Assembly: GCA_963737265.1 (NCBI GenBank) | Contig: CAVTRY010000011.1 | Coordinates: 192,001-256,000, forward strand | Length of the DNA stretch: 64,000 nt | Source: an uncultured delta proteobacterium | Lineage (GTDB): Bacteria; Myxococcota_A; Polyangia; Fen-1088 | Direction of reading: 5' to 3' | Part shown: one piece after another, positions 61,324 to 64,000 of the stretch | How positions within the stretch are numbered: the first letter of the stretch is position 1 | How the letters are laid out: each line of letters starts with the position of its first letter | Notes under the pieces: model-generated | Told to the model about the DNA's origin: nothing | What the model saw: the letters and a program-made list of their open reading frames with translations, nothing else | Databases searched by the model: none | Translations under genes and position numbers: made by a program

Positions 61324-63120
61324 TTAACGACCGAAGATGCGGTGGAAGAGTGACTTCTTGGGCTCGGGTTTCTTCTTGAGCACCACCTTGACGCTTTGGT
61401 TCTTACGGTCCTTCACCACGAAACGCCTAGTCGCGGGCAAGTAGCCCTTCTTCACGAACTTCAGCTCGAAGGTGATTCCCGGACGGAAGCGCAAATTGAG
61501 CGGCGCTCGACCGAACACGCGCTTGCCCAGGCTGACGACCGCGCCCTCCGGCGTGGATACGACGTAAACCGAGATCGCTGTCGCGGCTGGAGCGCTGGCC
61601 TTCGCGGCAACCTGCTTTCCTCGGCCCGGGATACCCTCGTCCTCGTCGATAACTCGATCGCTATTGGCCGGCTCGGCGTTTTTGAGCAGGGCTTCCTCTT
61701 CTTCGTCGTCCTTGGTCTCGGCTGTCGCGCCGACGGCGGGCTTGGCGGGCGCGGCTGGTAGGGCGGCCGCACCGGAATCGACTAGCGCCGGGCTTGCGTC
61801 GACGGCGGCGAGCGGCGCCGGTACCGCAGCGGCCTTGGTTTCGGCCTCGGCGTGCTTCGCGTGTCGGTCGGGTGGGTGTTGGGCACGGTTGCTGTCGGGA
61901 AGGGCGAGCCACGCGCCGAATGCCAGGGCGGCAAGGATCAGGGCAAAGGCGATGATACGGCCGGGAATGTGGCTTGGTTGCAGGGCCACCGGCGTGGACG
62001 CCGTGGTCTTGTCCGCGGAGTGGGGTCGGATGACCGGCAGCTCTGGCGGCGTGGCTGCGACGGTTTCCTGAATGCCACGAAGCAGGTCGTCGATTTCGAT
62101 GGCGTTCGACTCGTCGAAGACGACTTCGGCGCCTTCGCCGACGTCGATCTCCTGGCTGATGGCCGGGGCCGGAAGCGCGGTCGCGGCGTGCGAGATGGTC
62201 GGGCAATTGTCGCGTTGTTGAAGCTCCGCCAGCCAGCGCTTGAGCTCGGTCTGACCTGATGGCTTGTAAACCGTGCGCTGAACGTTCTCGATATCGACCA
62301 GCATCTCGTCGGCGCTCTGGTAGCGATCGGCTGGTCGTGCCTGCATGACCCGGCGGAGGATCTTGACCAGGTGCGGGTTCAGATCGGGCTTCGCGGTCTC
62401 GGGCGGGGTGAAGCGGCACTCGCGTACCCGCATGATGGCTTCGAGATCGGTCGGCGCGTCGAAGGGGCGGCGGCCAACAAAGAAAAGGTAGAGGATGGTG
62501 CCGAGCGCAAAGAGATCGGAGCGGCCGTCAAGCACCGCGCCCGAGGCTTGCTCGGGCGACATGAAGGCAAGCTTGCCCTTGATCACGCCCTGACTCGTGT
62601 GCTCGCGCCGGCCCATGGCCTTGGCGATGCCGAAATCGGTCAGCTTGACCTCGCCCTGTTCGCTGATGAGCACGTTCTGCGGGCTGACGTCGCGATGGAC
62701 GATGGCCAGCGGTTGGCCGTCGCGCGCGCGCGCATGGGCGTAGGCGAGGGCGCGGCAGATTTCGGCCGCGATATAGAGAATGATCTCGGGCGGAACGGGA
62801 AAGCGCCCGACCGTGGCGCGCGCCATGATCTGGCTCAGGTCCCAGCCGTCCACCAGCTCCATCACCAGGAAGTAGCGCCCGCGCACGTGCCCTAGGTCGA
62901 GCACCTGGACGATATTGCTGTGGTTGAGCCCCATGGCGACGTGGGCCTCGTCGATGAGCATGTTGCGGAACTGTGGATCCGCCACCAGCGGCGCCAAAAT
63001 CCGCTTGAGCACGACCGGGCGCTCGAACCCTTCCATGCCGTGCTGGGTGCCGAGAAAAATCTCGGCCATGCCGCCGTCAGCAATCTTGCGAGCGATGCGG
63101 TATTTCCCGGCCTTCGGCAT
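61324..63120 (-). CDS. Transmembrane Ser/Thr protein kinase with C-terminal PEGA-like domain
   Basis: GGMAEI, VLKR, HRDVSPQN, DFGIAK, MSPEQ; TM segment; VVSTPEGAVV..GRAP..KKGY. Confidence 0.93.
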   Translation of the reverse strand: MPKAGKYRIARKIADGGMAEIFLGTQHGMEGFERPVVLKRILAPLVADPQFRNMLIDEAHVAMGLNHSNIVQVLDLGHVRGRYFLVMELVDGWDLSQIMARATVGRFPVPPEIILYIAAEICRALAYAHARARDGQPLAIVHRDVSPQNVLISEQGEVKLTDFGIAKAMGRREHTSQGVIKGKLAFMSPEQASGAVLDGRSDLFALGTILYLFFVGRRPFDAPTDLEAIMRVRECRFTPPETAKPDLNPHLVKILRRVMQARPADRYQSADEMLVDIENVQRTVYKPSGQTELKRWLAELQQRDNCPTISHAATALPAPAISQEIDVGEGAEVVFDESNAIEIDDLLRGIQETVAATPPELPVIRPHSADKTTASTPVALQPSHIPGRIIAFALILAALAFGAWLALPDSNRAQHPPDRHAKHAEAETKAAAVPAPLAAVDASPALVDSGAAALPAAPAKPAVGATAETKDDEEEEALLKNAEPANSDRVIDEDEGIPGRGKQVAAKASAPAATAISVYVVSTPEGAVVSLGKRVFGRAPLNLRFRPGITFELKFVKKGYLPATRRFVVKDRKNQSVKVVLKKKPEPKKSLFHRIFGR

Positions 63121-63131
63121 GGGCGCGCAGT

Positions 63132-64000
63132 TTACTTCTCGAACAGGGTATTCGCGGAGACGATCTTGATGTGGGGTGCAGATAGCGGCAGCGGGTAGCC
63201 CTCGATGAGTTTGTCTTCCTTGAGCACCTCGGCAGGCGTGTCCTTGGTGTCGTACACGACGGGCGTCGGTTTGCCGGCGGCGAGCTTGTGGGCCAGGTCT
63301 TTGACTTTGTCGCCCACCACGACCACGGCGAGGTTCTTGGTGGCAAGGTGCTTGCGGACCGCCCGATCCACATCGTCCTTGGTCATCGCGGGCAGGCGGC
63401 GCTTGAGCTCCGCCACGACGTCCTTGCCGTAAATAGCGGCATCAATGGCGTAGCCGAGCCGGCGCGAGCCGTCCTGCGCCCACAGGTTGATGTAGTTGAG
63501 CAGAAAGGCGCGCGTGGCAACGAAGCTCGCCGCGGGAATGCCGTCGCGAATCAGTCGGTCGGTCTCGAAGATGGCCTCGCGGATGGCGAAGCCGGTGCTG
63601 GCGGGCGGAATCGGGCGCAGCCAGATCTCGAAGTGCTGCTGCCGGCGCGGGATGTTGGTGAGCGGAAAGGTGGTCCAGCCGTCCTGGATGAAGTTTTCCA
63701 CGTAGGCGTAATCGCCGTAGTTCAGCCCGCGCTTTTGGCGCATGGCGAGCATCAGCACGCCGTTGAACGTCCGGTGCTCGCCGAGGTACGATGCCGCCAC
63801 GACGAGCGGATAGAAGTCGTCGTCGTCGCGGGTGACGTCGATGGCACAGCCCATGGAAATGGCGTTGCCAAGCGATTGCTTTTCCACCAGCAGCACCTCC
63901 ATGCCGGCGCGCGCGGGTGGCGGTGCAAGCTCGGCACGCGCCTTGCCCGTCGCGGGTAGAACGGCGAAGCGCGCGGCAAAGGCTTCGGAAAAGGTTTCGG
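63132..64000 (-). CDS. M16 (pitrilysin/zinc protease) family protein, C-terminal part
   Basis: DFYPLVVAASYLG, MRQKRGLNYGDY, MTKDDVDRAVRKHL..VVVVG. Runs off the window end. Confidence 0.82.
   Translation of the reverse strand, partial: ETFSEAFAARFAVLPATGKARAELAPPPARAGMEVLLVEKQSLGNAISMGCAIDVTRDDDDFYPLVVAASYLGEHRTFNGVLMLAMRQKRGLNYGDYAYVENFIQDGWTTFPLTNIPRRQQHFEIWLRPIPPASTGFAIREAIFETDRLIRDGIPAASFVATRAFLLNYINLWAQDGSRRLGYAIDAAIYGKDVVAELKRRLPAMTKDDVDRAVRKHLATKNLAVVVVGDKVKDLAHKLAAGKPTPVVYDTKDTPAEVLKEDKLIEGYPLPLSAPHIKIVSANTLFEK

Noticed and set aside
61323-61353. TTEDAVEE-encoding stretch resembling the palindromic repeat
   Set aside because: It is the antisense of the kinase C-terminus and has no inverted repeat.

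Overview
GC-rich bacterial chromosome segment. Gene content (CdbA-like RHH protein, TraB-like OmpA/TSP3 protein, Ser/Thr kinase-PEGA, Gly/Cys-rich lipoproteins, myxobacterial-type LexA box) suggests Myxococcota/Polyangia; this is inference. Most of the window is housekeeping: lepA-lepB, purMN, degP, nrdR-ribD-ribE-ribBX-ribH-nusB, csp, sigma-32-like factor, hisC, dacB, rarA, ino1, rpsB-tsf-pyrH-frr, dnaG-rpoD, rlmI-like, ECF sigma/anti-sigma, radC and recQ. The accessory stretch (about 3-25 kb) holds: (i) a CDP-alcohol phosphotransferase/sulfatase-like fusion; (ii) an orphan, translationally coupled T6SS-type module (TTR-like small protein, FIX-domain effector with a TNT-like C-terminus, Imm71/72-like immunity protein) facing a second TTR-like protein; (iii) a TPR/Cys-rich lipoprotein pair and a GH5 lipoprotein; (iv) a LexA-boxed imuA-imuB-dnaE2-uvrD cassette whose dnaE2 carries an in-frame 147-bp palindromic repeat, with a related copy at 41.9 kb; (v) unannotated structured-RNA candidates; (vi) a decayed ~1.5-kb tRNA-Leu island reduced to an integrase stub and a RelBE-type toxin-antitoxin pair. 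Seven otherwise intact genes carry single-base frameshifts in short runs, most likely sequencing or assembly errors. All family assignments come from motif recognition by eye; no searches were run.
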